Shown: positions 1-11,702, counted from the stretch's first letter. The stretch: 64,000 nucleotides of DNA from Thermodesulfobacteriota bacterium (GCA_049682815.1 JBAUII010000011.1:14881-78880); one strand, 5' to 3'. Notes: generated from the sequence alone by a model not told the origin. Numbers and translations: made by a program.

Positions 1-175
1 TCACTTCTACGGAATTTCTGAATTTTTCTACGGATAGAACAAATCTCAGTTCTGAAGGATCTTTACCGGGATTTATGTATCTGTTAATTCTTTTAATCCT
101 TTTCAGAATATATTGTCGCAAGTTTTCAGATTTTTTTTGATCATGTATGTGTCTTATTGTTATCGTGATTTTCAT
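1..175 (-). CDS. hpf: ribosome hibernation promoting factor (HPF/RaiA), 5' part only; gene runs off the window start
   Basis: Reverse-strand translation from ATG at 175-173 gives MKITITIRHIHDQKKSENLRQYILKRIKRINRYINPGKDPSELRFVLSVEKFRNSVEV, the classic HPF N-terminus. It sits immediately downstream of the rpoN stop (180-182), which is the canonical rpoN-hpf arrangement. It is not in the ORF track because it is truncated by the window edge. Confidence 0.75.
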   Translation of the reverse strand, partial: MKITITIRHIHDQKKSENLRQYILKRIKRINRYINPGKDPSELRFVLSVEKFRNSVEV

Positions 176-179
176 TTTC

Positions 180-1679
180 TCATCCCTTTATCGATGTTCT
201 CTCATGTGAAGGCGGAATGTTCATCATCTTTCTATACTTAGAAATCGTTCTTCGAGCGAGCTTGATTTTCTTTCGTTCGAGTATCCTTGATATATCCTCG
301 TCCGAATAAGGGCTTTCTGGTAATTCATTATCGATAATATCCCTAAGAATCGACTTTACGCGCTCGAATGAGATGCTTTCTCCAACCGAAGTTTCTATTT
401 TCCTCGAAAATAGAGACTTAAGTTCAATTAATCCTTGTGGGGTGTAAATATACCTTCTACTCGTTATTCGACTTACTGTTGATTCGTGTACATTAACATC
501 TTCATGCTGTGCTATGTCTTTTAACCTTAGAGGTTTTATATGCTCCCGGCCGTGTTCGAAAAAATCCTTCTGATGATCGATGATCTTGGTTATAACTTTC
601 CTGATTGCCGAATCCCGTTCTTCGAGACATTTAATTATTCTCTGAGCTGACTCAAGCTTTTCTTTAATGTATTTTTTTACATCTGAAGGCAGTTTGCCTT
701 TGTTTAAAAGGTTTTTATAATAATGGCTAACCCTCACTTTCGGCGTGTCTCTATTTAACTGTAATTGCAGTTCATCTCCTACCTTATATATATAAAAATC
801 AGGGACTATGTGTTTCTCTGAATCCTTGGAGTAAAAAGGTCGTCCAGGTTTTGGCTCAAGCCTTGAGATTACATCTACCGCTTTCTTTGCTTCTCGTTCT
901 GTAATACCCAAGCTGTTAGCGATTTCGTCATATCGCTTCTTACTGACATCATCCAGGTGATTATTCACTATGCGTGCTTCCACTCCACGCTCCTGATACC
1001 CCAGCTCCTTCAGTTGAATCATTAATGATTCTTTTAAGTCTCTTGCGCACACCCCCGGAGGGTCAAAGAAGGATTGAATTTTTTTTAGGACAGCCTCGAT
1101 CGTGCTAATGTCCAATTCCGGTGGCCTTGGAGAATATTCTGGATGATTGTCTTCAACCAGAAGATTAGATTCGGAGTCTCGATCCGCCTCACGAATCGAG
1201 TTGGCCAACATTGAAACAATTTCATCTAAGCCTGCCTCAAGATAACCATCTTCGTTTATATTGCCGATTATGATGGATGCGATATGCCTTTCAAAAGCTG
1301 TTAAATCTAAGAGTCCGAGCTGCCATCTTAGGTGATCTATAAGGGAGTCAGTCGAAGAGACGTTGTTTTCCCAAGGGTAGTCATCATCACTGTCACCGCT
1401 GATGTCTCTCGTAAAAGGTATGTCATCATTTATGTTTGGCATGGGTCCTGGGTCTTCGAGTTTAGAATCTACCTGGCCTTCTGAACTGGTTTCACCCTTA
1501 TCACTTATTTCTTGGATCTCTTCCAACGCTGGATTTTCAAGGAGTTGTTCTTCGAGATACTCGGAAAGTTCAATGGTGGTCATTTGTATAAGCTTTAAAA
1601 ATAACTGCAGGTCTTGGGTTAAAATGAGACGTTGTTGCTGGAGAAGCCTTGGAGTAGTTTTTAATTCAATTGAACTCAT
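180..1679 (-). CDS. rpoN: RNA polymerase sigma-54 factor
   Basis: 499 aa. The N-terminus has the Gln/Leu-rich activator-interacting region (LLQQQRLILTQDLQ...). The C-terminus has the RpoN box (ARRTISKYR) and an HTH. Confidence 0.9.
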   Translation of the reverse strand: MSSIELKTTPRLLQQQRLILTQDLQLFLKLIQMTTIELSEYLEEQLLENPALEEIQEISDKGETSSEGQVDSKLEDPGPMPNINDDIPFTRDISGDSDDDYPWENNVSSTDSLIDHLRWQLGLLDLTAFERHIASIIIGNINEDGYLEAGLDEIVSMLANSIREADRDSESNLLVEDNHPEYSPRPPELDISTIEAVLKKIQSFFDPPGVCARDLKESLMIQLKELGYQERGVEARIVNNHLDDVSKKRYDEIANSLGITEREAKKAVDVISRLEPKPGRPFYSKDSEKHIVPDFYIYKVGDELQLQLNRDTPKVRVSHYYKNLLNKGKLPSDVKKYIKEKLESAQRIIKCLEERDSAIRKVITKIIDHQKDFFEHGREHIKPLRLKDIAQHEDVNVHESTVSRITSRRYIYTPQGLIELKSLFSRKIETSVGESISFERVKSILRDIIDNELPESPYSDEDISRILERKKIKLARRTISKYRKMMNIPPSHERTSIKG

Positions 1680-1848
1680 TGTTGAATTCTACATTTTCGT
1701 TTAATGTACTTATTAGATAGATTAAATCTTTATTGTCTAAAATTCCAGTACCTTCAGTTTCGGATTTATCAATGTTCCTGATAGATTGCGATTAAAGCTT
1801 ACCATTATATAATTTACTGTAAAGATAAGTATCAAGAGGATTGGGTCA

Positions 1849-2073
1849 ATGGAAAGTCAGTCTTTAGGGAAAATAATACTTGTAATGGGAATATTTCTCG
1901 TGGTGTTTGGGTCGCTGATTTTATTGTCCCCTAAGATCCCCTTCATTGGAAGGTTGCCTGGAGATATCCTTATAAGACGAGATAACTTTACATTTTTCTT
2001 TCCTCTAGCTACATCGATCATTATCAGTTTGATAATAACAATAATTTTAAATCTCATATTGGGAAGGAGGTAA
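1849..2073 (+). CDS. DUF2905 family small membrane protein
   Basis: 74 aa with two TM segments and the conserved GRLPGDI motif typical of DUF2905. Confidence 0.6.
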   Translation: MESQSLGKIILVMGIFLVVFGSLILLSPKIPFIGRLPGDILIRRDNFTFFFPLATSIIISLIITIILNLILGRR

Positions 2074-2555
2074 TATCTAAACAGATTCATTCTTTAGGTT
2101 CTTGGACGATTTCAAACTCAATGACATTGAATTTAGCATACTTCTCCCAATGATTTCCGGCTATTTCAGTGGCCTAGGCGTGCGCAGGTTGTTTTTTTAA
2201 ATATAAAGTCATCTGACGCCCCAACCGTCTGGCTGACTGTTTAATGAAAATAAGACGGTCATTCAATAACTATTTGCTATCTTTTTGTTGTTAGTGGATG
2301 AAACTTCGGAATTGTTAAATATATATTTTAAAAACTGTGGATCAATCTTCTGAAGATAAGTTTTTCGTTTAAGAATTGTGGAAAAAGGCAGGGGATCCAG
2401 CTTAATATACGACTTTAAGAGTGATGCTTAACCTTCGGAAATGAATATATAGTTACATAAAAGTCTCCGAACAATTTCGATTGTCGGATATTAAGACATC
2501 CGATAAAGCTATTCTAGCCTAAAGACAAGGGTTTTCGTGGCGAGATAATTATGTA

Positions 2556-3179
2556 TCAGGTATTAATTTTTGGAATTGCCCATTTCCGTTGATGCCACGT
2601 TTTCTCTTCATAAGCTATGATTTTTTCCTCATGTTGTAAGGTGTGAGCAATGTCATCTAGTCCTTCCAGTAAAGCCTTCTTTTTGAATGAATCTATTTCA
2701 AAATTGATAACCCATCCCTCACGGTCGGTTATGGTCTGCCGCTCCAAATCTACTTTCAGCGAGTAGTCATTTTTAGAGTGAACTTTCAGAAAAAGCTCAT
2801 CAACTGAGCTCTTATGAAGAGTGATTGGTAGTATGGCATTTTTGAAGCAATTATTATAGAAAATATCGGCAAATGATGGGGCGATAATGACTTCAAATCC
2901 GTATTCCCTTAGCGCCCAGGGTGCGTGTTCCCTGGAGCTTCCGCTGCCAAAGTTATCTCTTGCAAGTAGTATTTTTGCTCCTTTATACCTTTTCTTATTC
3001 AATACAAACTCTGGATTTAAAGATCCATCGTCGGTATATCTCCAGTCATAAAAGAGGAACTCGCCGAAACCTGTTCGCTCGATGCGCTTCAGAAACTGTT
3101 TGGGAATGATTTGATCGGTATCCACATTCATTTTGTCTAGGGGAACTACAATACTTGAGACGATCGATAATGGTTCCAT
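2556..3179 (-). CDS. leuD: 3-isopropylmalate dehydratase small subunit
   Basis: [21 protein letters not shown]..., [18 protein letters not shown] and the IAPSFADIF motifs. The start is probably the internal Met (MEPLSIV) at 3179 rather than the ORF-track start at 3215. Immediately downstream of leuC. Confidence 0.85.
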   Translation of the reverse strand: MEPLSIVSSIVVPLDKMNVDTDQIIPKQFLKRIERTGFGEFLFYDWRYTDDGSLNPEFVLNKKRYKGAKILLARDNFGSGSSREHAPWALREYGFEVIIAPSFADIFYNNCFKNAILPITLHKSSVDELFLKVHSKNDYSLKVDLERQTITDREGWVINFEIDSFKKKALLEGLDDIAHTLQHEEKIIAYEEKTWHQRKWAIPKINT

Positions 3180-3190
3180 AATTTTTCCTT

Positions 3191-4615
3191 TTAAAGATCT
3201 CTGTCTAAATCCCAATTTCTTATATCTACAAAATGTCCCTCAATTGCGGCTGCGGCGGCCATTATCGGACTTACTAAATGGGTTCTACCGCCTTTTCCCT
3301 GACGCCCTTCGAAATTTCTGTTTGAGGTGCTTGCACATCTCTCCCCCGGCGCGAGTATATCGGGATTCATCCCTAGACACATGCTGCACCCAGATTCGCG
3401 CCATTCAAATCCGGCCTCTTTGAAGATCTTGTCAAGTCCTAACTTCTCGGCTTCAGATTTAACCATCTGAGAGCCCGGCACCACCATTGCCCTTATGGTT
3501 GAGGCCACTTTTTTGCCCTTTACCACTTTCGCCGCCGCGGTTAAATCTTCAAGTCTGGAATTCGTGCAGGAACCAATAAACACCCTATCTAAGGCAATTT
3601 CTTGAATTGGTGTCTTTGGCTTAAGCCCCATATACTCTAGCGCACTTTTGGCCGCCTTTTGGATTGCCGGATCAGAAAAGGAGTTTGGGTCGGGAACAAT
3701 TCCGACTACGTCTGTAACCATTCCCGGATTAGTGCCCCAACTCACTTGAGGAGCCATGACGGATGCGTCGAAGGTAACGGACTTATCGAATACCGCGCCT
3801 TCATCTGTCCTCAGTTTCTTCCATTCTGAAACTGCTTCCTCAAATTCAATCACTTTAGGAGCATAAAGTCTCCCTTCAATGTACTTGAAGGTTTTTTCAT
3901 CGGGAGCGATCATTCCCGCTCGTGCGCCCGCTTCTATTGACATATTGCAAATTGTCATCCGTTCTTCCATTGATAGGGCCTCGATAGCTTCTCCTGTATA
4001 CTCAATAACCGTTCCAGTCGCACCTGCTGTTCCTATGTAGCCAATAATACTCAGGATTATATCTTTAGCTGTCACACCTCTTGATCTGACTCCGTTTACT
4101 TTGACCTCAAAAACACTGGGTCGGTTTTGTCTGAGACATTGAGTTGCTAGGACGTGTTCTACTTCGCTCGTGCCAATACCAAAAGCCAGGGCTCCGAAGG
4201 CACCGTGAGTTGAAGTATGACTGTCGCCGCAAACAATTGTCATTCCGGGCTTGGTGAGTCCAAGCTCTGGTCCAATTACATGCACGATCCCCTGTAAATG
4301 ACTATTTACGCTCAGGCCAAATAATTCGATTCCAAATTCTTTACAATTTGCTCGTAGCGTATCCATCTGCTTTTTCGATATAGGATCGTCAATCGGTAAG
4401 TTTCTTGCGCTTGTTGGTACATTATGATCCTTGGTGGCGAAGGTCAGGTCTGGCCTTCTTACCATTCTTCCCGACAGGCGGAGGCCTTCGAAGGCTTGTG
4501 GTGAGGTGACCTCGTGGACAAGGTGTAAGTCAATAAAGAGAAGAGTTGGTTGACCCTCTTCCTCATAAACGACATGGGATTTCCAAATTTTATCAAACAG
4601 TGTTTCGGCTGCCAT
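3191..4615 (-). CDS. leuC: 3-isopropylmalate dehydratase large subunit
   Basis: 474 aa aconitase-family protein with [22 protein letters not shown], full-length collinear with LeuC. Confidence 0.9.
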   Translation of the reverse strand: MAAETLFDKIWKSHVVYEEEGQPTLLFIDLHLVHEVTSPQAFEGLRLSGRMVRRPDLTFATKDHNVPTSARNLPIDDPISKKQMDTLRANCKEFGIELFGLSVNSHLQGIVHVIGPELGLTKPGMTIVCGDSHTSTHGAFGALAFGIGTSEVEHVLATQCLRQNRPSVFEVKVNGVRSRGVTAKDIILSIIGYIGTAGATGTVIEYTGEAIEALSMEERMTICNMSIEAGARAGMIAPDEKTFKYIEGRLYAPKVIEFEEAVSEWKKLRTDEGAVFDKSVTFDASVMAPQVSWGTNPGMVTDVVGIVPDPNSFSDPAIQKAAKSALEYMGLKPKTPIQEIALDRVFIGSCTNSRLEDLTAAAKVVKGKKVASTIRAMVVPGSQMVKSEAEKLGLDKIFKEAGFEWRESGCSMCLGMNPDILAPGERCASTSNRNFEGRQGKGGRTHLVSPIMAAAAAIEGHFVDIRNWDLDRDL

Positions 4616-4851
4616 ATGTTAGTCCTGCAATTTCGCTTTAACTCGTAATTATACATGAAAATTTTTTAAGTTTAATTTCGGCCATCGTGGACGCGATCAA
4701 ATCGGTATTACATATGCCTGACTGTCGAAAATGAACCATGTGTTTAACACGAACGAAAGTCGGCATTTTATTGCGCGCCCGTTCTTTCGGATATTTACAA
4801 AATCATTTTAGTATAGAACAGGACACAGCGCCGGCTGCATGCTTTGATTTA

Positions 4852-4877
4852 TAGAGACGAAAAATTTTGCGTCTCTA
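4852..4877. repeat. copy of the 26-nt palindromic repeat TAGAGACGAAAAATTTTGCGTCTCTA
   Basis: It matches the 58218-58243 copy except for 1-2 positions in the A/T-rich centre. It lies in the eno-leuC intergenic spacer, where it could act as a bidirectional hairpin. Confidence 0.5.
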
Positions 4878-4943
4878 CTCTTCAATATGAATGAATATGA
4901 ACGTTAAATTTGCCATGCCAAACTTGCCTAAGCATCTGGAGGT

Positions 4944-6230
4944 TCAGAACTTAAATGCAGATCTCCCCAAAAATCTTGCCTCGTCTCCCAGCTCTTCCTC
5001 AATTCTCAAAAGCTGATTATACTTTGCCATACGATCGCTTCTTGAGGCAGATCCGGTCTTTATTTGGCCACTATTTGTCGCGACTGCTATGTCGGCTATG
5101 GTTGAGTCCTCGGTTTCTCCCGAACGGTGTGATATTATCTGGGTGTAACCTGCATTTGAAGCGATTCTCATCGCCTCTAAAGTCTCTGTAAGGGTTCCGA
5201 TCTGATTAACCTTAATCAGGATAGAATTTGCTATTTCCTCCTTAATTCCTCTTCTTAATCTATCAGGGTTTGTAACAAAAATGTCATCTCCTACGAGTTG
5301 TATTTTGCTTCCGAGCTCTTTGGTAAGAATCTTCCATCCATTCCAATCGTCTTGAGCCATTCCGTCTTCAATCGATATGATCGGATATTTTTTAATCCAA
5401 TTTCTGTAAAGATCGACGACCATATCCTTACTCAATTTCTCATTTTCAATCACATAATTTCCTTTCTTGTAGAGTTCACTGGATGCGATGTCCAAAGCAA
5501 CATAGATCTCCTTACCCGATTTGTACCCGGCTTTTGTGGTTGCTTCAAGGATACATTCGATTGCTTCTGCGCTGGAATCCAGGCTTGGGGCGAATCCACC
5601 TTCGTCTCCTACCGAAGTCGAATAACCCTTATTCTTTAATATTGATTTTAAAGCATGAAAGGTCTCAACCCCTGCTCTAATCGCATCGGAGAACGAGTTA
5701 AATCCAAGTGGAACTATCATAAATTCCTGAATGTCGAGGTTATTATCGGCATGTGCTCCACCATTTATGATATTCATGAGAGGAACCGGGAGAATATTTG
5801 CTGAAGATCCTCCGATGCTACGGAATAGGGGTAGTCCTCTGGAATCTGCGGCAGCTTTTGCTACGGCAAGAGAAACCCCTAGTATGGCGTTTGCTCCCAG
5901 CTTCGATTTATTTGCGGTTCCGTCTAGCTTAATCATTGTCTGATCAATTGAATCCTGAGAGGATACTTCCGTACCGATTAACTTTTTCCCAATAATATCG
6001 TTAACATTTCTTATCGCTTTCTGAACCCCTTTACCCGAATACCTTTTATCGTCCTGATCCCTGAGCTCAATTGCTTCATGCACTCCAGTCGATGCTCCAG
6101 AAGGAACTGCAGCACGTCCGAAGGCACCGTCATCGCAGCGTACCTCTACTTCGACAGTCGGATTTCCTCTGGAGTCGAGAATTTCTCGCGCATGCACGGA
6201 AATTATCCTTGCCAATGTTTTTTCCTCCAC
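4944..6230 (-). CDS. eno: enolase (phosphopyruvate hydratase)
   Basis: 428 aa with [16 protein letters not shown] and the [12 protein letters not shown] enolase signatures. Confidence 0.92.
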   Translation of the reverse strand: MEEKTLARIISVHAREILDSRGNPTVEVEVRCDDGAFGRAAVPSGASTGVHEAIELRDQDDKRYSGKGVQKAIRNVNDIIGKKLIGTEVSSQDSIDQTMIKLDGTANKSKLGANAILGVSLAVAKAAADSRGLPLFRSIGGSSANILPVPLMNIINGGAHADNNLDIQEFMIVPLGFNSFSDAIRAGVETFHALKSILKNKGYSTSVGDEGGFAPSLDSSAEAIECILEATTKAGYKSGKEIYVALDIASSELYKKGNYVIENEKLSKDMVVDLYRNWIKKYPIISIEDGMAQDDWNGWKILTKELGSKIQLVGDDIFVTNPDRLRRGIKEEIANSILIKVNQIGTLTETLEAMRIASNAGYTQIISHRSGETEDSTIADIAVATNSGQIKTGSASRSDRMAKYNQLLRIEEELGDEARFLGRSAFKF

Positions 6231-6449
6231 TAAATATATTTTGGCTTGGGGAAATTACCATAATAGTCCGCGGCTAGCAAATTTTCATGCGCGCTAGTGA
6301 ATTTATATTGCCGGTGATAATGGTTATTTCTGACATCGCGTGGATACTTCTTAATCTTCAAATTATAATGCTTAAATAATCAGACGATTTTCGGCCGGAA
6401 GTATGCTTAGTCTAGATAGCATGTTGGGTTAAGAAGAACAAGAAACAAT

Positions 6450-7574
6450 ATGAAGGTTTTAATGATCAGTTATGAATTTCCTCCACTGGGAGGGGGTGGA
6501 GCCAAGGTGGTTCACGGATTAACGAATGAGTTGGTAAGGCTCGGACACGAGGTGGACATCGTTACAATGGGATTTAGAGGGCTCCCTAAACACGAAAAGA
6601 TGAATAGTGCTAATATCTATAGAGTTTCATGCCTTAGAGCTAATGAGTTAATTTGCTCAACTCATGAAATGGTCTCCTACACATTGTCTGCAATTCCGTT
6701 TGCTTTAAGATTGATAAAAAGCAAACATTATGATATCAATCACACCCATTTTATCTTACCGGATGGTTTAGTATCATATTTGTTGAAGAAGATAACAAAA
6801 CTACCATACATTATCACGGCACATGGTTCTGATGTGCCCGGCTATAATCCTGATCGATTTAGAATCGAGCATAAGATTCTTTCACCACTCTGGAAAATGA
6901 TTGTTAACGATGCGGATCAACTTGTTTGCCTTAGCGAATACCTAAAATCGCTCGCGAGTAAGCGTTATTCTGGCGATAAAATTCTTGTGATTCCGAATGG
7001 AATCGATATAGATAGGTTTTCACCAATCAGAAAAAAACAGAAGAGGATCCTTATAGTAAGTAGGATGTTCGAAAGAAAGGGGATTCAGTACTTTCTAAAA
7101 GCTTTGGATGGATTAGAACTAGACCATGAAATAAACATAGTTGGTGACGGCCCCTACCTGCAAACTCTAAAACAGATGGTTGATTGCCACAGCAAAAAGA
7201 TTAAGTTTTGGGGGTGGCTAGAACATACATCGGGAGAATTAAGAGATTTATATGAGACTTCCAGCATTTTTGTGTTTCCATCGGAATCAGAGAATTTCCC
7301 AATAGTCCTCTTGGAGGCCATGTCAGCGGGTTTAGCAATCATTACAACGAAAGATACAGGGTGTGAAGAGGTGGTTGGAAATTGCGCAATTTTAGTCGAA
7401 CGGAAGAGTCCATTGTCTATCAAAAAAGGTTTGCAATCATTGTTAAACGATCCAGATAAATGTAGGAAAATAGGTCAGGATGCTAGAAAGAGGCTTGAGG
7501 ATAATTTCAGTTGGAATAAAATTGCAATAAAATATGTTGACCTGTATCAAGACTGTAAAGACGGTCAGTCTTGA
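6450..7574 (+). CDS. glycosyltransferase family 4 (GT4, GT-B fold)
   Basis: N-terminal YEFPPLGGGGAKVV and a C-terminal E-x7-E type motif region (FPSESENFPIVLLEAMSAG). Confidence 0.8.
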   Translation: MKVLMISYEFPPLGGGGAKVVHGLTNELVRLGHEVDIVTMGFRGLPKHEKMNSANIYRVSCLRANELICSTHEMVSYTLSAIPFALRLIKSKHYDINHTHFILPDGLVSYLLKKITKLPYIITAHGSDVPGYNPDRFRIEHKILSPLWKMIVNDADQLVCLSEYLKSLASKRYSGDKILVIPNGIDIDRFSPIRKKQKRILIVSRMFERKGIQYFLKALDGLELDHEINIVGDGPYLQTLKQMVDCHSKKIKFWGWLEHTSGELRDLYETSSIFVFPSESENFPIVLLEAMSAGLAIITTKDTGCEEVVGNCAILVERKSPLSIKKGLQSLLNDPDKCRKIGQDARKRLEDNFSWNKIAIKYVDLYQDCKDGQS

Positions 7575-7622
7575 TGATAGGTTTATCTATCAATTCAACG
7601 ATTATGGCTCGTAGAAGATTAT

Positions 7623-8516
7623 ATGGGAAAAGATTTAAAGGTTGATTTTATAGGCATAGGATCCACTAAATCGGGCACGACATGGTTGTTTTATATGCTA
7701 GGTCAGCACCCGCAAATTTGTTTATCAGAGCCGAAGGAGATTGGATATTTTAACTTTGCATATTACGTAAAAGATTTTGCACGGCCCAATGAGTTAAAAT
7801 TGATCAATAGGAATCATACAAAACCATTTTCATGGTACAAACGACACTTTAGGCATTGTTCGGAACATACGATTAAAGGCGAATTTACTCCTTATTATCT
7901 TTATGATGAACAGGCACCTTCTTTAATAAAGCAATATTTCCCGGAGGTAAAACTAATAGTGTGTCTGAGGAACCCAATCGATAGAGCGTACTCTCTTTAC
8001 TGGGAATGGAGAAGTTACAGGAAAAGGGAAAATAGGGCATTTGAGGAAACAATAAAAGAAGACCGAAGGTATATTGAGCATGGTTTTTACTATAAATATT
8101 TGACTCATTACATTCGATGCTTCAAATTAGATCAGATAATGATAGTTCTATTCGATAATATTATAAGAAATCCTGAACAAGAAATAATAAACGTTTTCAG
8201 ATTTCTAGAAATTGATACAGATGTTAAACTAGATGTTGGAAAAATACCCAAAAATAAAGCAAAAAGAAGCGGATTTGTGTCAGTAGAGCCTGTCCTAAGA
8301 CACTTTTCAAATCTCTTGAGAGACCTGGATCAGTTTCGCCTTTTGCGATTGATTAGGTGGATTGGAATTAAAGAATTAATTATTAAACTAAGCACCACTT
8401 CTTTCAAATATCCGGATATGAATCCGGAAACAAGACAATTCCTCAGAAGCGTCTTCAAAGAGGATATATCAAAATTAGAAAAGCTATTCAAACTTGATCT
8501 GTCACATTGGACTTGA
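7623..8516 (+). CDS. sulfotransferase family protein (PAPS-dependent)
   Basis: The 5'-phosphosulfate binding motif GSTKSGTTW sits near the N-terminus, and RNPIDRAYS resembles the 3'-PB motif region. Confidence 0.75.
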   Translation: MGKDLKVDFIGIGSTKSGTTWLFYMLGQHPQICLSEPKEIGYFNFAYYVKDFARPNELKLINRNHTKPFSWYKRHFRHCSEHTIKGEFTPYYLYDEQAPSLIKQYFPEVKLIVCLRNPIDRAYSLYWEWRSYRKRENRAFEETIKEDRRYIEHGFYYKYLTHYIRCFKLDQIMIVLFDNIIRNPEQEIINVFRFLEIDTDVKLDVGKIPKNKAKRSGFVSVEPVLRHFSNLLRDLDQFRLLRLIRWIGIKELIIKLSTTSFKYPDMNPETRQFLRSVFKEDISKLEKLFKLDLSHWT

Positions 8517-8809
8517 AGGGCAATTTTTTGGTCCTCTGAATTATTAAACGTAAGTGCCACGATTTAGTCTGAATTTGATTCAAAATCTTATCCGTTCTTT
8601 TTGGAAAAGACTACAGCAAATCTTGAACTTTTCAAACGTTATTAATCTGTCGGGAATTTCAACGGAATCGTATGGGTCACGTGAGACTTGACCTTCTTAA
8701 GTCAAAATCACATTCTGGATTCGTTTGATCGAAATATTAAAGGCGATATTGGGGCGGCTTAGGACTTATGTAAATCGGAAGATCTCAACTTGCTAGAATT
8801 TCAAAATAT

Positions 8810-9979
8810 CTAGCGCTTTGGGTCTTTGATTGTGTTATAAATCTCTATCAAGGAGATATTTTGCTTTTTCGCAATTTTTTTACAATCTTCGTATTCTGGC
8901 ATCTTATTAATTATTTTCGTATCCAATTTGGCAATTTTTACCCTTATTTTCCCGTATTGGGTATTGACCTCTTTTATTTCTCTTTTCAAAGTTTTTCTCT
9001 CTTCGTTTCGAATCCTGACCCCGATGCTTGTGGTTTCCTCAAAGATGATTTTGACTAATTCATCTTTCTCGTTTGGCTTAGATAACACGGTTAATTTTAC
9101 GGCGGGCCGGTTTTTCTTCATCAGAATATTTGTTAAATAAACATCCAATGCGCCATTTTGAATAAGCTTTTCCATTACATAGTCGTAGAGCTGGGGATTC
9201 ATGTCGTCGATATTGGTTTCGATGATACATACGGTTTCTTGTTCGGAATCAAAAGGCTCTCTTAATTTGCCAATAAAGACGCGAAGAACATTTGGCTGAT
9301 CAATGTCTTTTGTGCCGGCCCCATAACCGATCTTTTCCACTTCCATAAGAGGCAAATTGCAAAATTTTTCGGCGATAGTACTTATGATGGCAGCTCCAGT
9401 GGGTGTCACGAGCTCCGTGTTTGAATTTGATGTTGCATAAACAGGAATATTCGTGAGTATCTCGGCGGTGGCCGGAGCGGGTACCGGAAATTTACCGTGA
9501 GAAAATTTTACGAATCCAGAGCCAACATTTAACTTTGAGCAATATACCTTTTCGATCCCTAGGTTCTTTAGACCAACGAGTGAACAAACAACATCCACGA
9601 TGGTGTCTATGGCTCCTATTTCATGAAAATGGACTTTTTCTATAGGCTGGTCATGTATTTTCGCCTCCGCCTCAGCAATTCTCTGGAATATTTTCTTAGC
9701 CTGAATTTTAATTTCTTCATCCAATTTTGATCTTTCAATAATATTGTTTATTTCCTTTAGATGCCTATGTTTTACTTTTTCTGTGCTATTTACATTAAAC
9801 TTTGTTGCTGAAATGCCATTCTTTACTACCCTTTTGGCATTGATCTTGAAGCCTTTTAGCTTAAGTTTCTTTAGTTCTATTTTTAAGTTGTTTATATTCA
9901 GTCCAGAGGAAATTAATGAACCTATTATCATATCGCCGCTGATTCCTGAGAAACAATCGAAATATGCAATCTTAGACAT
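8810..9979 (-). CDS. larC: nickel insertion protein LarC (NPN cofactor biosynthesis, CTP-dependent nickel insertase)
   Basis: The N-terminus YFDCFSGISGDMIIGSL is the LarC/DUF111 signature. 389 aa, adjacent to larB and larE. Confidence 0.8.
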   Translation of the reverse strand: MSKIAYFDCFSGISGDMIIGSLISSGLNINNLKIELKKLKLKGFKINAKRVVKNGISATKFNVNSTEKVKHRHLKEINNIIERSKLDEEIKIQAKKIFQRIAEAEAKIHDQPIEKVHFHEIGAIDTIVDVVCSLVGLKNLGIEKVYCSKLNVGSGFVKFSHGKFPVPAPATAEILTNIPVYATSNSNTELVTPTGAAIISTIAEKFCNLPLMEVEKIGYGAGTKDIDQPNVLRVFIGKLREPFDSEQETVCIIETNIDDMNPQLYDYVMEKLIQNGALDVYLTNILMKKNRPAVKLTVLSKPNEKDELVKIIFEETTSIGVRIRNEERKTLKREIKEVNTQYGKIRVKIAKLDTKIINKMPEYEDCKKIAKKQNISLIEIYNTIKDPKR

Positions 9980-10015
9980 ATGGGTTCCTTGACTCTCCAG
10001 TGGTTGAGTATTCTT

Positions 10016-10765
10016 TTACTTATTTATTAACGATGCAAAGTAACCTGCACCAAAACCATTATCTATGTTTACAACCGCGATACCAGGAGAACACGAATTG
10101 AGCATAGTTAGCAATGGACCGATGCCTTTAAAGCTGGCTCCGTAACCTACTGAAGTAGGAACAGCAATGACAGGTTTCTTAACAAGCCCCGAAACTACTG
10201 AGGGCAAAACTCCATCCATACCGGCAACTATGATCAAGACATTGGAACCATCTATCCTCTTTTTGTTATTTAAAAGTCGGTGAATCCCAGCTACTCCCAC
10301 ATCAAACAATCTTTCAACCTTATTATTCATTATTTCAGCTGTGACAGCCGCTTCCTCCGCCACGGGCAAGTCAGAAGTTCCTGCGCTAACTACTAGTATG
10401 ATTTTGTTTTTTACTTTGAAATTTCGTCGTCTTATATGTCTGAATATGATGGTTCTCGATGTTTCATTAAACTCCGCGCTTTTTACATGTTTTTTGACTA
10501 ATTCGTACATTTCCTTTGAAGCGCGGGTAGCTAATACATCATTATACTTGGACATTTTCTTAAAAATCTTGGCCACTTGCTCTGGACTCTTATTTTGACA
10601 AAAAATCACCTCTGGAAATCCCTTTCTCAGTGTCCTATGATGATCAATATTAGCAAAACCCAGATTCTCATACGGAAGGTGCTCTAATTTTTCTAGACCT
10701 TTCTCTAAAGGTATTTTGTGATTTCGGACGTCCAACAAAATTTCTTTGATTTTTTCTTTGTACAT
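10016..10765 (-). CDS. larB: nickel pincer cofactor biosynthesis protein LarB (NaAD carboxylase/hydrolase, PurE-like)
   Basis: PurE-like C-terminal half with ILVVSAGTSDLPVAEEAA and the GMDGVLPSVV motifs. 249 aa. Confidence 0.8.
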   Translation of the reverse strand: MYKEKIKEILLDVRNHKIPLEKGLEKLEHLPYENLGFANIDHHRTLRKGFPEVIFCQNKSPEQVAKIFKKMSKYNDVLATRASKEMYELVKKHVKSAEFNETSRTIIFRHIRRRNFKVKNKIILVVSAGTSDLPVAEEAAVTAEIMNNKVERLFDVGVAGIHRLLNNKKRIDGSNVLIIVAGMDGVLPSVVSGLVKKPVIAVPTSVGYGASFKGIGPLLTMLNSCSPGIAVVNIDNGFGAGYFASLINK

Positions 10766-10874
10766 TAAATTTTATCAAAATCTACTGGATCTACTGAAAG
10801 TTTATCATAACTTTATTGTTTCGGCTGGCAAACGAAACTTCAAAAACGCTGGTTCACACAATGTTCAGTTAAGC

Positions 10875-11702
10875 TCAAAAGCCTTTTGTTTTAAATTTCG
10901 AATTTAGATTAAGAAAGACATTTAATGAACCACTTTTCAATTCCTTGATTTCAATTTCCTCGAAGCCAATCTCAATAAATTTATTATCAATTGAAAGATA
11001 ATTTGTTTGTATACTCTTGAGACTGATTTTGTTGACTTCTATTCTGGCTTTTTTCCCGAAATGTCTGACACGCAATTCCTTGATACCCAAATCCTTCAGA
11101 TAATTTTCTGCTTTTTCTATCATATCGAGTTTCCGCAGCGTGATCTTCTGTCCGTACGGAACTCTGGAAGAAAGGCACGGGCTTGCAGGTTTATCCCAAA
11201 TCTCCAGATTAAGCCTTTTGGCTAGAGCTCTTATATCACCTTTGTTTAAGCGGGCGTCTTTTAAAGGACTTACAATATGATACTCTTGAGCGGCTTGTAA
11301 ACCCGGTCTATAATCCTGCAAGTCATCTAGGTTAGTCCCATTGGCAATGAATTGGATCTTTTTGCTCATAGCAACTTCCAACAATTTAGAGTACAGTTCC
11401 GACTTGCAAAAATAACAACGGTTAAATGGGTTTATCATGTAATTCCCATTTTTGGTTTCGTCTGTGTGGATGATTAGGTGTCTCGCCCCTATCTTTTCCG
11501 CAATTCTTTTGGCTTGTTCTAACTCTCTTCTCGGAATCGATGGAGAATCAGCAGTCACAGCTAGCACCCGATCCTCCAGTGAATCATTGGCTACTTTCAA
11601 TAACAAAGCACTGTCGATGCCGCCCGAAAAGGCGACTATCAACGTTCTGAACTTTCTTATGATCCTTGTTAGATTCTTGTACTTGTATTCTAATTCTTCC
11701 AT
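10875..11702 (-). CDS. larE: ATP-dependent sacrificial sulfur transferase LarE (PP-loop ATP pyrophosphatase)
   Basis: PP-loop SGGIDS near the N-terminus; conserved Cys-containing motif PCLSSR (the sacrificial Cys in LarE). 275 aa. Confidence 0.8.
   Translation of the reverse strand: MEELEYKYKNLTRIIRKFRTLIVAFSGGIDSALLLKVANDSLEDRVLAVTADSPSIPRRELEQAKRIAEKIGARHLIIHTDETKNGNYMINPFNRCYFCKSELYSKLLEVAMSKKIQFIANGTNLDDLQDYRPGLQAAQEYHIVSPLKDARLNKGDIRALAKRLNLEIWDKPASPCLSSRVPYGQKITLRKLDMIEKAENYLKDLGIKELRVRHFGKKARIEVNKISLKSIQTNYLSIDNKFIEIGFEEIEIKELKSGSLNVFLNLNSKFKTKGF

Noticed and set aside
2172-2205. Possible intrinsic terminator after the DUF2905 gene (GCCTAGGC...GCGCAGG followed by T7)
   Set aside because: The T-run is clear, but I could not derive a convincing stem of at least 5 bp by eye. 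It is left uncalled.
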